Assembly: GCF_036365525.1 (NCBI RefSeq)
Contig: NC_090412.1
Span: 16,232,963-16,296,962 of the forward strand
Direction: 5' to 3'
Origin: Heterodontus francisci
Lineage: Eukaryota
DNA length: 64,000 nucleotides
Positions 62,047-64,000 of this stretch are shown here, piece by piece. Position 1 is the first letter of the stretch; every line of letters begins with the position of its first letter. Both the position numbers and the translations under genes were made by a program. The notes below the pieces were generated by a model. It did no database searches and had not been told where the DNA came from. It saw only the letters and a program-made list of their open reading frames with translations.

Positions 62047-62621
62047 CATTCCATCTTCGTTGCCTCCGGAGAATACTTGGCATCAGGTGGCAGGAACGTA
62101 TCTCCAACACAGAAGTCCTTGAGGCGGCCAACATCCCAAGCTTATACACCCTACTGAGTCAGCGGCGCTTGAGATGGCTTGGCCATGTGAGCCGCATGGA
62201 AGATGGCAGGATCCCCAAAGACACATTGTACAGAGAGCTCGCCACTGGTATCAGACCCACCGGCCGTCCACGTCTCCGCTTTAAAGACGTCTGCAAACGC
62301 GACATGAAGTCCTGTGACATTGATCACAAGTCGTGGGAGTCAGTTGCTAGTGTTCGCCAGAGCTGGCGGGCAGCCATAAAGGCGGGGCTAAAGTGTGGCG
62401 AGTCGAAGAGACTTAGCAGTTGGCAGGAAAAAAGACAGAGGCGCAAGGGGAGAGCCAACTGTGTAACAGCCCCGACAAACAAATTTTTCTGCAGCACCTG
62501 TGGAAGAGCCTGTCACTCTAGAATTGGCCTTTATAGCCACTCCAGGCACTGCTCCACACATCACTGACCACCTCCAGGCGCTTACCCATTGTCTCTCGAG
62601 ATAAGGAGGCTAAAGAAGAAG
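62047..62621 (+). mobile_element. RTE-clade LINE 3' end with a 12-bp TSD
   Basis: LRWLGHVSRMEDGRIPKD..GRPRLRFKD..CSTCGRACHSRIGLYSH; (AAG)n tail; AGTATTGAGATT at 62035-62046 and 62622-62633. Confidence 0.92.
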
Positions 62622-63211
62622 AGTATTGAGATTAGGACCTTGACTATCTAGCTGACTGTACAACCAGTTTTGAGCAACTTGCAAAAAATACTGGATACAG
62701 AACATGAGTCCGATTCTATTATGAAGTGTGCAGCAGTATATCTATCACTTACTGTAGGGGGAGAATTTAATTCAGTCACGTCCCTTGATCTTTCGAGTTT
62801 GGAATGTTCCATACATTTTGATGCCAACTTTATAGTGTAACCTTGTGGTATGCAAATAAATACATGCTTCTTAATTTGAAAAAAGTCTTGAAAACAGCTC
62901 TAGTGTCAGTCAGGAGAGTTGGTCATGCCTAAGCTTTACTAACTGGAGCTCTTTGCTTCATCTGCTATGATAAAAGGACTGTCTAATTTCCAGAAACACA
63001 AATTTTTACTCAAGTGTTACTTGTTTCTTCTGACCCATGAGAATGTTATTTCCTTTTGTCCTGTACCTTACAGAGAGTGTTTCCTAATATGGCTGTTACC
63101 TGATGAATTCTCCTCCTTCATTTTGCATTAACTTATCATTGTCTTTTTGGCGATTTTCAAATGTGAATTTGGTGCCTTTTTTTCTTGGTTTGATGGCTTG
63201 CTTTAAGTAGG

Positions 63212-63650
63212 GAAGAACTTGTATATAGTGCCATTCACATCCTCAGGCTATCCCAAAGCACTTCATAGCCAATGAACTACTATTGAAACATGGATGCTTT
63301 TGTATTGTAGGAAAATGCAGTAGCCAATTTATACGTAACAAGAACCCACAAACAGCAGTGACATAAATTACCAGATAATTTGTTTCAGTGATGTTGGTTG
63401 CAGGATATATGTTGGCCATGGCACATGTGGACTTGCCCTGCTCTTCTTCAAATAGTGCCATGGAATCTTTTATGACTACCAGAGAGGATAGGCAGGGCCT
63501 CAATTAACATCTCATCCAAAACCCAGCACCTCCTAAAGTACAGCAGTCCCTTAGCACTGTACTGAAGTGTCAGCCTAGATTGTGTGCTCAGGTCTCTGGT
63601 GAGCCCATGACCTTCTGTTTCTCAGGAAAGTATGCTACCACTGAGCCAAA
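63212..63650 (-). mobile_element. Near full-length Deu-domain SINE
   Basis: CCCAAAGCACTTCATAGCCAATGAA...CCCACAAACAGCA...CTGCTCTTCTTCAAATAGTGCCATGG...GTGTCAGCCTAGATTGTGTGCTCAGGTCTCTGG. Confidence 0.75.
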
Positions 63651-64000
63651 GCTATCACCCAAGCATGCTTTATACAGTTTGTTAAATGTAAGTAGACATG
63701 TAATAAACAATGAAGATAACCCACTTGTCAGTGAAAGTGAGGGTGTGATACAGGTAACGGAAGGATTCTGCACAAGTGTCAGTTGAAGAAGACACTGACC
63801 TTGTCCCAAATTGCAGCAGAAAGGGGGTCATAGCATAGTTGGGAGAGGTGCCCCACACCTGTGAAGGTGTATCAGTGGCGCCATGCTGATCCAATGGTGG
63901 AAGGGACGCCCAGGATGAGCCAAAAAGGTGGAGCTGGCCGTTATCTTCAGAATTAAGAGCGGAAATACCCATGTCCAGAAAGATCATTGATTCTTCTTAG

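Noticed and set aside
63823-63850. tRNA-like start GGGGGTCATAGCATAGTTGGGAGAG
   Set aside because: Only an A-box-like segment; no B box or cloverleaf follows.

Overview
Eukaryotic genomic DNA, most likely from a cartilaginous fish (inferred from HE1-like V-SINEs, Deu-domain SINEs, CR1 and Penelope-like repeats). Three genes were reconstructed by hand from splice sites and translation. TUBGCP2 (minus strand) is complete, with 17 coding exons over 17451-54778 (2694 nt, 897 aa) plus a probable non-coding first exon. ZNF511 (plus strand) contributes its first three exons, head-to-head with TUBGCP2 across a CpG-rich promoter carrying five NRF1-like motifs. An ADAM8-like metalloprotease (minus strand) contributes its first two exons. 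The rest is intron or intergenic DNA rich in CR1, L2, RTE, Penelope-like elements, SINEs, MITEs and a solo LTR. The most notable points are: no in-frame ATG in ZNF511 exon 1 (candidate CUG start); a CR1 flanked by a perfect 63-bp duplication; two fold-back Penelope-like insertions with degenerate hammerhead ribozyme motifs; a GC-AG intron in TUBGCP2; an unexplained 48-bp direct repeat; and a TSD-flanked RTE-5'UTR-like element with a G-rich core. I found no CRISPR array or other clearly new multi-gene system. Family names rest on recalled consensus sequences, not database searches.
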